Origin: Minisyncoccota bacterium
GTDB lineage: Bacteria; Patescibacteriota; Minisyncoccia; Phycocordibacterales; UBA9973
Assembly (NCBI GenBank): GCA_018061035.1
Contig: JAGOUX010000001.1
Span: 76,249 to 140,248, forward strand
DNA length: 64,000 nucleotides
Direction: 5' to 3'
The position numbers were made by a program, and so were the translations under genes. A model generated the notes under the pieces. The model made no database searches and was not told the origin of the DNA. It worked only from the letters and a program-made list of their open reading frames with translations. Positions 8,720 through 18,905 of this stretch are shown one piece after another (position 1 is the stretch's first letter; every line of letters starts with the position of its first letter).

Positions 8720-10432
8720 CTATCTATCCGGCGGAACTTCGTAATAGTTTAGCAAAAACTTTGTTATATCCAAAAAAGGATCAGACCAAGTAGTAGCCGC
8801 ATACTGAGAACCCTTGGGATTTACTGCGTACAAAAAGACTATAAATTTCGGCTCATAAGCTGGGAAATATCCAAAAAATGAATGTGTGTGCCTATCTTCA
8901 TAGTAGCCTCCACCTCCATCCTTTGCAACCTGGGCTGTACCTGTTTTTACGGCAACACTATAATGATCGAGCTTGCCAAGGCCTCCTTTGATAGACTTGT
9001 CCATTACTGTTACAAGCATAGAAGTGATTTCTTCTGCCGTGGCCTTGCTGATCTTGCTCTGTGTTGTCGGATATTCCATCTTTTTAGATGTCCCATCATC
9101 GTATTTTATTTCTTTCACAAGATGTGGCACGACTAATGTACCTCCATTTCCAAGTGCTGCAAGTGCTCGAGTAATCTCGATCGGAGTAAGAGCGATACCT
9201 TGACCGAATGCAGCGTTGGCGTACTCAAGCTCTCTCGGGCTTTGAAGGTTGGAAACAAGACCACTAGTCTCATTTGGCAGGTCTATACCAGTTTTTTCTT
9301 TGATGCCAAAAGACAATAGATAATCTCGAAATCTTTCTTTGCCCAATTTTTGCTCTACAAAAACCATACCAGTGTTGAGTGACTGATTGAGCACATCCTG
9401 CATACTAGTGCCGGGGCCACGTCCTTGCTTGTCGAAATTAAATATTTCTTTTTTCTCAACTATTACAGAACCTTTGTCATTATAAGTCGTAGATGGTGTC
9501 ACCACTTTAGCATCAAGCGCGGCTGCCATTACAAGTGGCTTGACCACAGATCCAAATTCAAGCACATTTTCGACTATTGGATTAGAAAAAGTTGTTGCAC
9601 TTTTAACTTTAGAAAAATTATTAATATCGAAATCCGGCTTTACCGAAATCGCATAGATTGATCCATCGGTAGGATTCATAATTATGCCTCCGATAGAATC
9701 GGTCGAATACTTTGCTTTAACTGTGTTTAAAGTTTTCTCAAATTGACTCTGGACTGTGGGTTCGATAGTGCTCACCAAATTGCCTCCCTTCACTTGGTCG
9801 TCAAAAAATGTATCGCTAATATTAGAAAAAACTTCCGCGAAAAAGTTTACATAAGGATTATTCTTATCTCTAGCTAAAACTGTTTCATATTGTCGCTCTA
9901 GGCCATATCTCCCGCCCAGTTCATTGCCTTTATAGCCCACGAAGCCGACACTATGTGCTGCCATATTATCACCCGGATAAAATCGCCATTTCTCTTTGAA
10001 CAAAGAAATTCCCGATATTGCCAAAGCAGTAATCTTATCAGCTTCTTCTTTTGAAAGATGATGAGTGATTTCTTCATATGTATCACTTTTCTTATTCGCA
10101 CGTGCAAGAAAATCATTCTTATCAATTTCAATTATCTGAGAAAGTTTATTATAGGTTCCTTCAGCATCTGCCATCTTGCTTGGATCTATAGCCATTTTAA
10201 ATCCCGAGGTTTGAGTAGCAGCCGACACAAGAGTATTGTCCTTGGTACTGAAATATATAGTACCCCTTTCAAAGATATTTGATGATGGGGTGGCATATTG
10301 CCTGTCTGCCAACTCAGCGTAATAATTTTTATTAACTACTTGCACCAAAAAAAGCTTGCCACCAAGCAAGAGAGTAAATAGCACGATACCAAGAAAAAGA
10401 ATTTTAGTCCTAACCAAAAAACTAGATTTCAT
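8720..10432 (-). CDS. ftsI: peptidoglycan D,D-transpeptidase (class B PBP, FtsI-like)
   Basis: N-terminal TM helix with SVVKP (SxxK) and KTGTAQ (KTG) motifs. It has the dcw cluster position. Confidence 0.85.
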   Translation of the reverse strand: MKSSFLVRTKILFLGIVLFTLLLGGKLFLVQVVNKNYYAELADRQYATPSSNIFERGTIYFSTKDNTLVSAATQTSGFKMAIDPSKMADAEGTYNKLSQIIEIDKNDFLARANKKSDTYEEITHHLSKEEADKITALAISGISLFKEKWRFYPGDNMAAHSVGFVGYKGNELGGRYGLERQYETVLARDKNNPYVNFFAEVFSNISDTFFDDQVKGGNLVSTIEPTVQSQFEKTLNTVKAKYSTDSIGGIIMNPTDGSIYAISVKPDFDINNFSKVKSATTFSNPIVENVLEFGSVVKPLVMAAALDAKVVTPSTTYNDKGSVIVEKKEIFNFDKQGRGPGTSMQDVLNQSLNTGMVFVEQKLGKERFRDYLLSFGIKEKTGIDLPNETSGLVSNLQSPRELEYANAAFGQGIALTPIEITRALAALGNGGTLVVPHLVKEIKYDDGTSKKMEYPTTQSKISKATAEEITSMLVTVMDKSIKGGLGKLDHYSVAVKTGTAQVAKDGGGGYYEDRHTHSFFGYFPAYEPKFIVFLYAVNPKGSQYAATTWSDPFLDITKFLLNYYEVPPDR

Positions 10433-10784
10433 TGTTTGCCAATGTAGTAGGTAATGTGTTGCTTCCTAGAGCTTTGCGTGTAGCAAATTTAACAGTTGTT
10501 TCTCTGTATCCCAATGAATGTGAAAGTTCTAAATCAATTTTATTTGAAAGTGACAAATATGTAAGCTCTAAGTCTCCTACCTGATTAGACAAATTGCGAG
10601 CCTGAGATTCCAAGCTCTTTCTCTCTACGATATTAAAAACCATATTCCCCAGAAATATAACGTATAAAAAGCCAAGCGCCAAAGATGCAAACAGCATAGA
10701 TCTGAGTATGCGAATAGCCATATCATTATTGATCATATTCACATTGCCTGCGTACATTTTTAGTTTTATTGTTGCTTGTTTCAT
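10422..10784 (-). CDS. ftsL: cell division protein FtsL-like
   Basis: 120-aa single-TM coiled-coil protein positioned between rsmH and ftsI. Confidence 0.5.
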   Translation of the reverse strand: MKQATIKLKMYAGNVNMINNDMAIRILRSMLFASLALGFLYVIFLGNMVFNIVERKSLESQARNLSNQVGDLELTYLSLSNKIDLELSHSLGYRETTVKFATRKALGSNTLPTTLANNEI

Positions 10785-11785
10785 TAAATTTTTTCTATTA
10801 TTCTTAACTTTGCACTTCTTGAACGTGGGTTATCTCTAATTTCTTCGGGGCTTGCAGTAATAGGCTTTTTGCTAATCACTTTGCATTTCCCTTCGATTTT
10901 CAGCTCATTGAAGAATTTTTTGGTGATGCGGTCTTCCAGACTATGGAAACTAATCACCGACATTCTTCCCCCTTCTCGTATTGCCTCAAATCCTTTTCTC
11001 AAACCCATCTCTAATGCTCCCAATTCATCGTTGACTGCTATTCTGATGGCTTGGAAGGTTCTAGTGGCAAAATGAAGCCTACCTCTTCGATACAAACTCG
11101 GCACTGCATCACTTATGATCTTGACCAGTTCAAAGGTGGTCTTGATCTCTCTTTGCTCTCTAGCGTCTACTATCGCTTTCGCGATTCTTCTACTAAATCT
11201 CTCCTCTCCGTATCCGTAAATGATATTTGCGAGGTTTTCCTCACTCCAACCATTCACGACATCACCGGCGGTAAGATCTTCTCTAGAAGGATTTTCTTTC
11301 ATGGTCATATGAAGAGGCTCGTCTCTCATAAATGAAAATCCTCGTAGAGAATTGTCTAACTGATCTGAACTCAATCCTAGGTCAAAAATTATCCCATCAA
11401 CTTTTTGTATTCCTTCATTCTCCAAAGCTTTGTCTAAGTCTCGGAAGTTTATATTCACAAATGAAATCTGTGATTTATAATTCTTAAACTTATGCTCGGC
11501 TCTCTCAAATGCTCCTTTGTCTTGATCAAGAGCAATAATTTTTGCTTTTGGAAATTTTGAGAATACCAATTCCGAATGTCCTCCACCACCAAAGGTAGCG
11601 TCAAGGACGACCGGACTCTGGCCACTCAAATTCAAACCGTATATTGTTTCTTGTAAAAGAACTGTCTTGTGAATGGTCTGTATTTTGTCCTGCATCTTAC
11701 AAACTTCCGTCAGAACCAAGCTTTTCTGCCAAGGCTTCAGCTTGCTTCTCGACGACTTCCCTATGTTCCGACCATGCTTTCTCAT
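10784..11785 (-). CDS. rsmH: 16S rRNA (cytosine1402-N4)-methyltransferase
   Basis: A.FGGGGHS SAM-binding motif with an MraW family-like layout, adjacent to mraZ. Confidence 0.9.
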   Translation of the reverse strand: MRKHGRNIGKSSRSKLKPWQKSLVLTEVCKMQDKIQTIHKTVLLQETIYGLNLSGQSPVVLDATFGGGGHSELVFSKFPKAKIIALDQDKGAFERAEHKFKNYKSQISFVNINFRDLDKALENEGIQKVDGIIFDLGLSSDQLDNSLRGFSFMRDEPLHMTMKENPSREDLTAGDVVNGWSEENLANIIYGYGEERFSRRIAKAIVDAREQREIKTTFELVKIISDAVPSLYRRGRLHFATRTFQAIRIAVNDELGALEMGLRKGFEAIREGGRMSVISFHSLEDRITKKFFNELKIEGKCKVISKKPITASPEEIRDNPRSRSAKLRIIEKI

Positions 11786-12143
11786 TCCATATTTCCACGC
11801 GGTCCTTTACACCGACTATGGCTGCAGAATTTTTGAGTCCTATCCTCTCCTTGAGGAATTCGGGTATCAGTATTCTACCTATAGAATCAAGCTCTACCTC
11901 TGCCGCACGTCCAAACATGTACCTATTGAAGCTTCTCTGGTCAGCTTTCAAGAATGAAAGATCTGCGTCAGAAGATGAAAGCTTGTTGCTCACCTTCTCC
12001 CACTCTTTCACTGTGAAAACGAACAGACACGCCCCAAGTCCAGGAGTGATAATAATTTTCTTGCCGAGTTCCTTTCGGAATTTTGCCGGCATAGAAATTC
12101 TGCTTTTTTCATCTATGGTGTGTATGTATTCTCCGATTAACAT
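11697..12143 (-). CDS. mraZ: transcriptional regulator MraZ
   Basis: 148-aa protein with a duplicated MraZ-type fold sequence (DEKSRISMP... / ...GRILIPEFL). It is the first gene of the dcw cluster. Confidence 0.85.
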   Translation of the reverse strand: MLIGEYIHTIDEKSRISMPAKFRKELGKKIIITPGLGACLFVFTVKEWEKVSNKLSSSDADLSFLKADQRSFNRYMFGRAAEVELDSIGRILIPEFLKERIGLKNSAAIVGVKDRVEIWNEKAWSEHREVVEKQAEALAEKLGSDGSL

Positions 12144-12200
12144 ATGTGATTTTGCGAATCACATCGCGTAAGTCCCATAGACGCGATGCAAATTATTATT

Positions 12201-12218
12201 TCCCACTTCTTCCCACTT
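12201..12218 (-). promoter_or_regulatory. MraZ-type operator: two TCCCACTT direct repeats at 10-bp periodicity (GTGGG on the mraZ strand)
   Basis: tcccacttcttcccactt lies 60-75 bp upstream of the mraZ start. A third degenerate copy (tccact) is at about 12233. Confidence 0.5.
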
Positions 12219-12660
12219 GATATACATTATATTCCACTATAAGAAATAACACCAAGAAAAAATGTGGATAAGTAAGCAAAAAAGCCTTGACGTAGCCGGG
12301 GTTTTGTATCGGGATATGAATTATGCAAAATTTCCTAAGTATCTAGCCAATGCACCCTGCATTCTTGGGCTAAACTGTGTTTATTGATAATTTGACATAC
12401 ATAATATTTATAAACATAATTAGCGTGTTCAGCCATTATCGGCTGACATAAGGAGACACATGGAAAAGAAAAACGATTTGTGGCCGCTCGGCCTCATCGT
12501 GGCCGCTCAGTTCGTGACACTTGCGGTGGTATTCTTCCCACCGCTCCGTATGGGCATGTTCTAACGCCGACGCTCGCCGCCTTGGTTGCTCCGGTGACCA
12601 AGGCGGCGAGCAAGCAAATTGCTCTTTACATTTTTATCGGCGTGTTCACACCGCCATATC

Positions 12661-12690
12661 AAAAGCCCCGAATCATTACGATCGGGGCTT
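12661..12690 (-). terminator. rho-independent terminator downstream of lysS
   Basis: Hairpin GCCCCGA-N10-TCGGGGC followed on the minus strand by TTTTGATAT. Confidence 0.6.
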
Positions 12691-12709
12691 CAGACGTTTT
12701 AGTTCAATT

Positions 12710-14176
12710 TTATTCTTCCTGCTTCCCTTCGTCCTTCGGCTTCATAAGTGGAAATGTTTGAAGCTCGCGAAGTGGTTTGTCGACAAGTATCGCAAACATT
12801 CTTTCTCCGAATCCGAAACCGCATGTAGGTGGCATGCCGTGTTCAAGCATCTCTACGAATTCAAAATCCGCCATCATCGCTTCGGTATCACCTTTATCAA
12901 TAAGTTTCTGTTGGGTGTCGAATCTTTGTTTCTGGTCTATTGGGTCGTTGAGTTCAGAATATCCATTACCCACTTCGCTTCCTGCAAATATAGGCTGGAA
13001 ACGCTGAACTGTTTTCTCGTCAGGATTACTCTTGGCAAGCGGTGCAACCAATGTTGGATGATTTACAAGAAACGCCGGACCTGCAATATTCTTACGGCAG
13101 AATTTCCACAATGTGTCCATAAGTCTTTCTTTGTTGTCGCCATCGTAGACTACGCCAAGCTCCTTCAATTTCTTTTCCATCTCGGCTTCATCTGCTGTAT
13201 GTATATCTACACCAGTTTGTTTTAAAATTTCCTCCGCATAATCAATCTTTGGCCATTCGTTGGCCAAGTCAAACGTATAACCCTTAGAAGTAAACTGCGT
13301 GGTACCGAAAACTTTTTGAGCTATGTCTATATACATCTCCCGCACCAAAGCCATGCCATCATTGTAATTCGCAAAAGCCCAGTAGAATTCCATGTTTGTA
13401 AATTCTTGTGCATGCTCGGGTGAAGTGCCTTCATTTCTGTAAGCTCGTCCAATCTCAAATGTCTTTGGAAATCCCGCGGCCATTAATCTTTTCTGCCAGA
13501 GCTCTCCAATTGATATGCGCAGGTATACATCAAGATCATAATCATTATGATGGGTCTTAAATGGTGTCGCTTCCGCCCCGCCAGTCGTGGTTTCCAGAGT
13601 CGGAGTTTCCACTTCTAGAAAACCTTTGCTCTTCATAAATTCTCTGGTTGCATCCCAAAACTTTGATTTTTTAATTATCAAATCCCGAAGTTCCGGATTC
13701 ATTAGAAGATCCAAATATCTTTTTCGAAATCGCTCTTCTACATCCTGAAGTCCATGCCATTTCTCAGGCAATGGTCGCAAGGACTTGGATAGCATTCTCC
13801 ACTCGGTAGCTTCAACTGTTTTCTCGCCCCTTTGTGTGATAAAAAATTTTCCGTAAATTTCCACGAAGTCTCCGATGTCTACTGTTTCCTGCCAGAATGT
13901 GAGTTTGTCTTCGCCCAAGACATCCTTTTTGAGTAGACCCTGAAATGCTCCTGTACCGTCATTGAGTGTAATGAATACAATAGCACCCTGTCCGCGAATG
14001 GACATTACTCGGCCAGAGATCCATTTACTTTGACCCTCAATATCAGAAAAAGTATCTATGGCATCCTGAAGGGATATTTCTCTTTTAGAGACAGCTGGAT
14101 ACGGGTCCATACCTTTTGATTTCAAAAGGTCTAATTTTTGTATTCGAAGTCCTCTGATCTCGTCGAGTGAAGACAT
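12710..14176 (-). CDS. lysS: lysine--tRNA ligase (class II)
   Basis: Class II aaRS motifs including FEIGRAYRNEG, an OB-fold N-terminus, and length 488 aa. Confidence 0.9.
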   Translation of the reverse strand: MSSLDEIRGLRIQKLDLLKSKGMDPYPAVSKREISLQDAIDTFSDIEGQSKWISGRVMSIRGQGAIVFITLNDGTGAFQGLLKKDVLGEDKLTFWQETVDIGDFVEIYGKFFITQRGEKTVEATEWRMLSKSLRPLPEKWHGLQDVEERFRKRYLDLLMNPELRDLIIKKSKFWDATREFMKSKGFLEVETPTLETTTGGAEATPFKTHHNDYDLDVYLRISIGELWQKRLMAAGFPKTFEIGRAYRNEGTSPEHAQEFTNMEFYWAFANYNDGMALVREMYIDIAQKVFGTTQFTSKGYTFDLANEWPKIDYAEEILKQTGVDIHTADEAEMEKKLKELGVVYDGDNKERLMDTLWKFCRKNIAGPAFLVNHPTLVAPLAKSNPDEKTVQRFQPIFAGSEVGNGYSELNDPIDQKQRFDTQQKLIDKGDTEAMMADFEFVEMLEHGMPPTCGFGFGERMFAILVDKPLRELQTFPLMKPKDEGKQEE

Positions 14177-14187
14177 TTATTTATAGA

Positions 14188-14658
14188 TTATGAAACGCTA
14201 ATTATTTTATAATTGACCACACTTCCGCTCGGAGTTTTGAAGTGGACATCTTCGCCCTTTTTTTTGCCGAACAATGCTTCTCCAAAAGGAGAACGATTGG
14301 AAATTTTTCCTTTGGCCATATCTGCCTCCTCACTTCCTACTATAACATAATTTTTTGTTTCAGTTGTGCCAACCTTTTGCACTGAGACTTGAGACCCAAT
14401 CTCGACGACATCACCTCCTGCTGGCTTGATGACTTGTGAATTTTTCAAAATTTGGTCAATTTTTGCTATGCGCTCTTCGAGCTTTCCTTGATCCTCGCGT
14501 GCTTGGTGATACTCGGCATTTTCAGACAAGTCTCCCAATGATTTGGCATATTCAAGAGCAGCAATGATTTCCTTTCTTTTTGGCCCAGAAAGGTCTTTTA
14601 ATTCTTGCTCAAGTAAATCTCTTTTTTCTTCTGTAATATAATCGCCTGATTGATTCAT
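14188..14658 (-). CDS. greA: transcription elongation factor GreA
   Basis: Coiled-coil N-terminus with acidic tip ...GDLSENAEY..., a C-terminal FKBP-like domain, and length 156 aa. Confidence 0.9.
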   Translation of the reverse strand: MNQSGDYITEEKRDLLEQELKDLSGPKRKEIIAALEYAKSLGDLSENAEYHQAREDQGKLEERIAKIDQILKNSQVIKPAGGDVVEIGSQVSVQKVGTTETKNYVIVGSEEADMAKGKISNRSPFGEALFGKKKGEDVHFKTPSGSVVNYKIISVS

Positions 14659-14818
14659 CCCGTTTAGAAATTTTAAAGTTTATAATTAAACGACTAAATC
14701 CCGTATGTAGAATTTATAACGGGATTCATATAGTAGAATCTTAGCTTTTTTTGACCAAAAGTCAATTTATCAATACATAGTTGCTAAAAATAAATTTTAT
14801 GGTAACCTTATAGAACAT

Positions 14819-15049
14819 ATGGCAAAAACAGTAATTGAGGTCAACAAAAACCAGAACGAGAACAACGCGAGCATATTGCGACGTTTTTCACGCCGAATAC
14901 AGGAATCTGGAATAATCTACAAAGTTAAAGGTGCTCGATACAACGAAAGAAAGGAGTCGAAACTTAAAGTTAAGAAATCTGCATTGAAAAGAATGGGACG
15001 CCGAAAGGAAATCGAGATACTAAAGAAGCTCGGCAAGCCAATCAAATAA
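14819..15049 (+). CDS. rpsU: 30S ribosomal protein S21
   Basis: ILRRFSRRIQESG...ARYNERKESKLKVKKSALKR matches the S21 pattern ALRRFKR...G...R.EFYEKP...RK...A.KR. Strongly basic. Confidence 0.65.
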   Translation: MAKTVIEVNKNQNENNASILRRFSRRIQESGIIYKVKGARYNERKESKLKVKKSALKRMGRRKEIEILKKLGKPIK

Positions 15050-15050
15050 G

Positions 15051-15548
15051 ATGCTAGAGAACGTAAGTATGTTTGATCTCACAAACACAACCAAAGGTAA
15101 GCTTCCCCGCTTACCTTTTCTCGTTATTAAAGACGATATCCTAGGAGCGGATTACGACTTATCTATCGCATTTGTCAGTGGTAAAAAATCTCACGAGATA
15201 AACCTAGCCCACCGTGGCAAGGACAAAATGACAAATGTACTTTCATTTACTCTTAATAAAAAAAAGGGTGAGATCATTCTGTGTCCCAGCCTTATAAAAA
15301 AAGAATCTCTCGATCCTGAGAAAAATTTTGGTAAAAATTTTCCAAATTTACTTTTATTTTTAGTTATCCACGGAATGCTACATTTGAAAGGTATGGAACA
15401 TAGTAGTAGAATGGAAAGAGCAGAAAAGATATTTTTTGAAAAATATCAAAATAAGCATAATGAGAAACATTTCAATCGGAATCGACATGGGCACGACAAC
15501 CACCCGAGTAGTGGTGGGAGAATTCATCAAAGGAGAAAAAAATCCTAA
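15051..15548 (+). CDS. ybeY: rRNA maturation endoribonuclease YbeY
   Basis: H-box HGMLHLKGMEH (HxxxHxxxxxH zinc site). The listed ORF extends about 90 nt into ftsA. Confidence 0.75.
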   Translation: MLENVSMFDLTNTTKGKLPRLPFLVIKDDILGADYDLSIAFVSGKKSHEINLAHRGKDKMTNVLSFTLNKKKGEIILCPSLIKKESLDPEKNFGKNFPNLLLFLVIHGMLHLKGMEHSSRMERAEKIFFEKYQNKHNEKHFNRNRHGHDNHPSSGGRIHQRRKKS

Positions 15549-16620
15549 GATAATTGGTATTGGCGAAGCCGAGACTAGAGGCATGCGCCATGGTTATGTG
15601 GTTCAATACACCGATGCAGTCGTATCTCTAAAACAAGCTATTGCTCAAGCTGAAAAAACTTCTGGTATCAAAATCAAAAGAGCCTTTGTATCAGCGGGTG
15701 GTATTAGTCTCCGAGGCAATATGAGCGCAGGCTCAGCTATAGTCTCAAAGGCTGATGGCGAAGTAACAGGCTTAGATATTCGCAAAGCTCTCGAAGACGC
15801 AGAACAAAATCTTAGCTTGCAAAACAAGAAAGTTATCGATGTATCCCCTATTTCATATAAATTAGACGGCCAAGAGGTCCTAGGGCGCCTAGAGGGCATG
15901 CGAGGTAACAAATTGGAAGCCAAAGCACTTTTGACTACTTATTCTGTGCAACACCTCGAAGACTTACTCGAAGTCCTTGCTGGCGCCGGAGTAGAAGCTA
16001 TAGATGTGATACCGGGACCGATAGCAGATAGTTATGTAGCACTATCTGACCGACAGAAAATAGTAGGCTCAGCTCTAGTAAATATTGGATCCGAAAGCGT
16101 GACTCTCGCTGTATTTGAAAATGGTCTACTTATGTCTATGCATGCATTTTCGATTGGTGGTGGCGACATTACCAATGACATAGCACTCGGATTAAAAATA
16201 CCATTAGAAAAAGCAGAGAGCTTCAAACTAGGAATACTCGAAGAAGAATATTCCAAGCGTAAGCTAGATGAAATAATCGAAGCTAGACTTGGAGATATTT
16301 TTGAACTTATAGAAAATCATTTGAAAAAAATTAAACGCGCAGAATTGTTACCTGCAGGAATAGTTTTCGTTGGTGGCGGAGCAAATATCACTGGCTTAGC
16401 AGAATTTTCCAAGGACACTCTTCATTTGCCATCTGCAATTGGCTCAAGTGAACTTTTTGGCAACACAAAAACCAAATTGCGAGACCCTTCATGGTTTACT
16501 GCTATTGGTCTTTTACTCTCAGGAAAGGAAACTTCTGGATACTCAGAAGGTTCGTTCTTGAACGTATTTCGAGATATAAAAAACTCAGTAAAATCAAGCC
16601 TAAAACAGCTTATGCCTTAG
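15460..16620 (+). CDS. ftsA: cell division protein FtsA
   Basis: Actin-fold phosphate-1 motif IGIDMGTT, the FtsA family layout, and a position upstream of ftsZ. The start was taken at the MRNISIGID methionine. Confidence 0.8.
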   Translation: MRNISIGIDMGTTTTRVVVGEFIKGEKNPKIIGIGEAETRGMRHGYVVQYTDAVVSLKQAIAQAEKTSGIKIKRAFVSAGGISLRGNMSAGSAIVSKADGEVTGLDIRKALEDAEQNLSLQNKKVIDVSPISYKLDGQEVLGRLEGMRGNKLEAKALLTTYSVQHLEDLLEVLAGAGVEAIDVIPGPIADSYVALSDRQKIVGSALVNIGSESVTLAVFENGLLMSMHAFSIGGGDITNDIALGLKIPLEKAESFKLGILEEEYSKRKLDEIIEARLGDIFELIENHLKKIKRAELLPAGIVFVGGGANITGLAEFSKDTLHLPSAIGSSELFGNTKTKLRDPSWFTAIGLLLSGKETSGYSEGSFLNVFRDIKNSVKSSLKQLMP

Positions 16621-16761
16621 GGCTTCTCTTGCCTTTTTGGGTAGAATTGTCCTAAAAAGCAAAAATTTTGCTTTTTTTTGTGCACCGCGGTAGTATGGTT
16701 TTATAACAGTTTCCGCCAAAAGCGGATCAGCCAATGGCTGAAATTAGCAATAAAAAAAATT

Positions 16762-17964
16762 ATGCCAAAAGTAAATCAGGAAATAGAGACCTTCGCGCGT
16801 ATCGTAGTCATAGGTGTCGGAGGATCCGGAAAGAATGCCATCAACCACATGATCAACTCAAAGGTCAAAGGGGTTTCTTTTATTTGCATGAATACTGATA
16901 CTCAGGATCTTCATCACTCACTAGCTGAAAAGAAGATTCATATTGGAAAAAATTTAACTAAAGGACTCGGCGCTGGAATGAATCCAGATATCGGACGAAA
17001 AGCTGCAGAAGAAACAAAATCTGAAATCCAAGACGTGATCAAGGGAGCAGACATGATTTTCATCGCTTGCGGAATGGGTGGTGGTACTGGCACAGGTGCT
17101 GCACCTATCGTGGCACGAGCAGCTCGCGAACAAGGTATTCTTACTATTGGTGTCACCACTAAGCCATTCTTCTTCGAAGGTCAGCACAGAATGAAAATAG
17201 CTGAGAAAGGCATCGAAGACCTTTCCAAGGAAGTAGACGCAATCATTACTATCCCAAACGACAAGCTCCTACAATTGGCTGATAAAAATACTAATTTCAA
17301 GGACGCTTTTGCACAGTGCGACGATGTTCTTCGTCAGGCTGTGGAAGGTATTTCTGACCTGATAACTACTCCTGGTGTTATAAACGTTGACTTTGCAGAC
17401 ATTCGAGCGATTATGGCTGACGCAGGATCTGCCCTTATGGGTATTGGTCTCGCATCAGGTGAAAAGCGTGCAGAGAAGGCTGCACTTCAGGCTATCAATT
17501 CCCCACTTCTAGAAGTTTCTATCAACGGCGCTAAGGGTGTACTCTTCGCTATCTCTGGTGGCGACGACGTAACTATTCACGAAATTCAGGACGCTGCGAA
17601 GATTATCACTGAATCTATCGACAAGGATGCGAAGGTTATCTTCGGTACTATCCGAGACGAGAAGCTCAAGAAAGGTGAACTCAAGGTCACTGTTATTGCT
17701 ACAAGCTTTGCCGCAGAAATGCCTCGCAAGAATCTATTCTCAGGACAGCAAGCCGCTGCATCTACAAATCCAATACTCAAAGAAGAAAATGCTCCAATAA
17801 TAAAGAAAGAAATCCACAATAGTATTCAAAATGGCACCATGACTACAGGAAACGAATTCCTAAAAAAGATTGAAAAGAAACCAGAAGTTGAGGAAATAAT
17901 CATCGAAGACGATGGTGATGATTGGAGCGCTGTTCCAGCATTTTTGAGAAGAAATAAAAAATAA
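16762..17964 (+). CDS. ftsZ: cell division GTPase FtsZ
   Basis: Tubulin signature GGGTGTG and an N-terminal IGVGGSG motif. The start was taken at MPKVNQEIE rather than the upstream in-frame ATG. Confidence 0.9.
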   Translation: MPKVNQEIETFARIVVIGVGGSGKNAINHMINSKVKGVSFICMNTDTQDLHHSLAEKKIHIGKNLTKGLGAGMNPDIGRKAAEETKSEIQDVIKGADMIFIACGMGGGTGTGAAPIVARAAREQGILTIGVTTKPFFFEGQHRMKIAEKGIEDLSKEVDAIITIPNDKLLQLADKNTNFKDAFAQCDDVLRQAVEGISDLITTPGVINVDFADIRAIMADAGSALMGIGLASGEKRAEKAALQAINSPLLEVSINGAKGVLFAISGGDDVTIHEIQDAAKIITESIDKDAKVIFGTIRDEKLKKGELKVTVIATSFAAEMPRKNLFSGQQAAASTNPILKEENAPIIKKEIHNSIQNGTMTTGNEFLKKIEKKPEVEEIIIEDDGDDWSAVPAFLRRNKK

Positions 17965-17978
17965 GATATAATAGTCAT

Positions 17979-18905
17979 ATGACTTACGATTTAATTATTA
18001 TCGGTGGCGGACCGGCTGGTGTTGCTGCCTCTGTGTATGCTGCCCGCAAAAAACTAAAAACATTATTTATCACTTCAGAGTGGGGCGGACAATCCATAGT
18101 ATCAGAAAAAATTTATAACTGGATCGGAACTCCGGCTATTTCGGGCAATGAACTTGCCGAGAATTTTAAAAATCATGCTCTAGCCAATGCAGGCACTGAT
18201 TTGGAAATCAAAGAAGGTCACAAAGTTACAAATGTTTCAAAAAAAGATGAAGGATTTCTTGTTAAAACCGAAATCAATGAAGAATTCGAAACCAAAACTA
18301 TATTGGTAGCGAGTGGAAGTGGACGAAGAAAATTAGAGGCCAAAGGTGCCGATAGATTAGAACACAAGGGTCTCACCTATTGTGCTTCGTGCGACGGCCC
18401 CCTATTTGCAGACCAAGACGTGGTAGTCATAGGTGGAGGTAATGCCGGATTCGAATCCGCGGCCCAACTTGTAGCATACTGCAAATCAGTAACTATATTA
18501 AATCGAAGTGAAGTTTTTCGAGCCGACGAAGTCACAGTGGAAAAAGTTCTTCGTAATCCGAAAGTTACAGCAATCAAAAATGCTCAAACCCTAGAAGTAA
18601 CCGGCGATAAATTTGTAGATGGCATAATATACAAAGATGTAACTACAGGTGAAGAAAAGAAATTATCAGTTGCGGGTATATTCGTAGAGATAGGGCAAAT
18701 TCCAAATACAGATTATATAAAAGAAGTAGTGCCACTCGATGAATTAGGACGAGTAAAAATAAACTTTGCCAATCAAAAAACCGAAACACCTGGAATATGG
18801 GCCGCTGGAGACTGCACCAATGTCCTCTATCACCAGAACAATATCGCAGCCGGAGACGCCGTGCGTGCACTCGAAGATATCTATCTAGCTATTCACGCAA
18901 AATAA
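17979..18905 (+). CDS. trxB: thioredoxin-disulfide reductase
   Basis: FAD motif GGGPAG, redox-active CASCDG, and a second nucleotide-binding GGGNAG motif. Confidence 0.85.
   Translation: MTYDLIIIGGGPAGVAASVYAARKKLKTLFITSEWGGQSIVSEKIYNWIGTPAISGNELAENFKNHALANAGTDLEIKEGHKVTNVSKKDEGFLVKTEINEEFETKTILVASGSGRRKLEAKGADRLEHKGLTYCASCDGPLFADQDVVVIGGGNAGFESAAQLVAYCKSVTILNRSEVFRADEVTVEKVLRNPKVTAIKNAQTLEVTGDKFVDGIIYKDVTTGEEKKLSVAGIFVEIGQIPNTDYIKEVVPLDELGRVKINFANQKTETPGIWAAGDCTNVLYHQNNIAAGDAVRALEDIYLAIHAK

Noticed and set aside
11644-12171. 175-aa ORF antisense to mraZ/rsmH
   Set aside because: It overlaps mraZ, which is supported by family-level sequence.
12521-13225. 234-aa ORF antisense to lysS
   Set aside because: It lies fully inside a well-supported lysS on the opposite strand and has a low-complexity translation.
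15436-15548. ybeY and ftsA overlap of about 90 nt as a frameshift or pseudogene
   Set aside because: Both reading frames are intact with conserved motifs. The overlap probably reflects an uncertain ybeY 3' end or a genuine gene overlap, not disruption.
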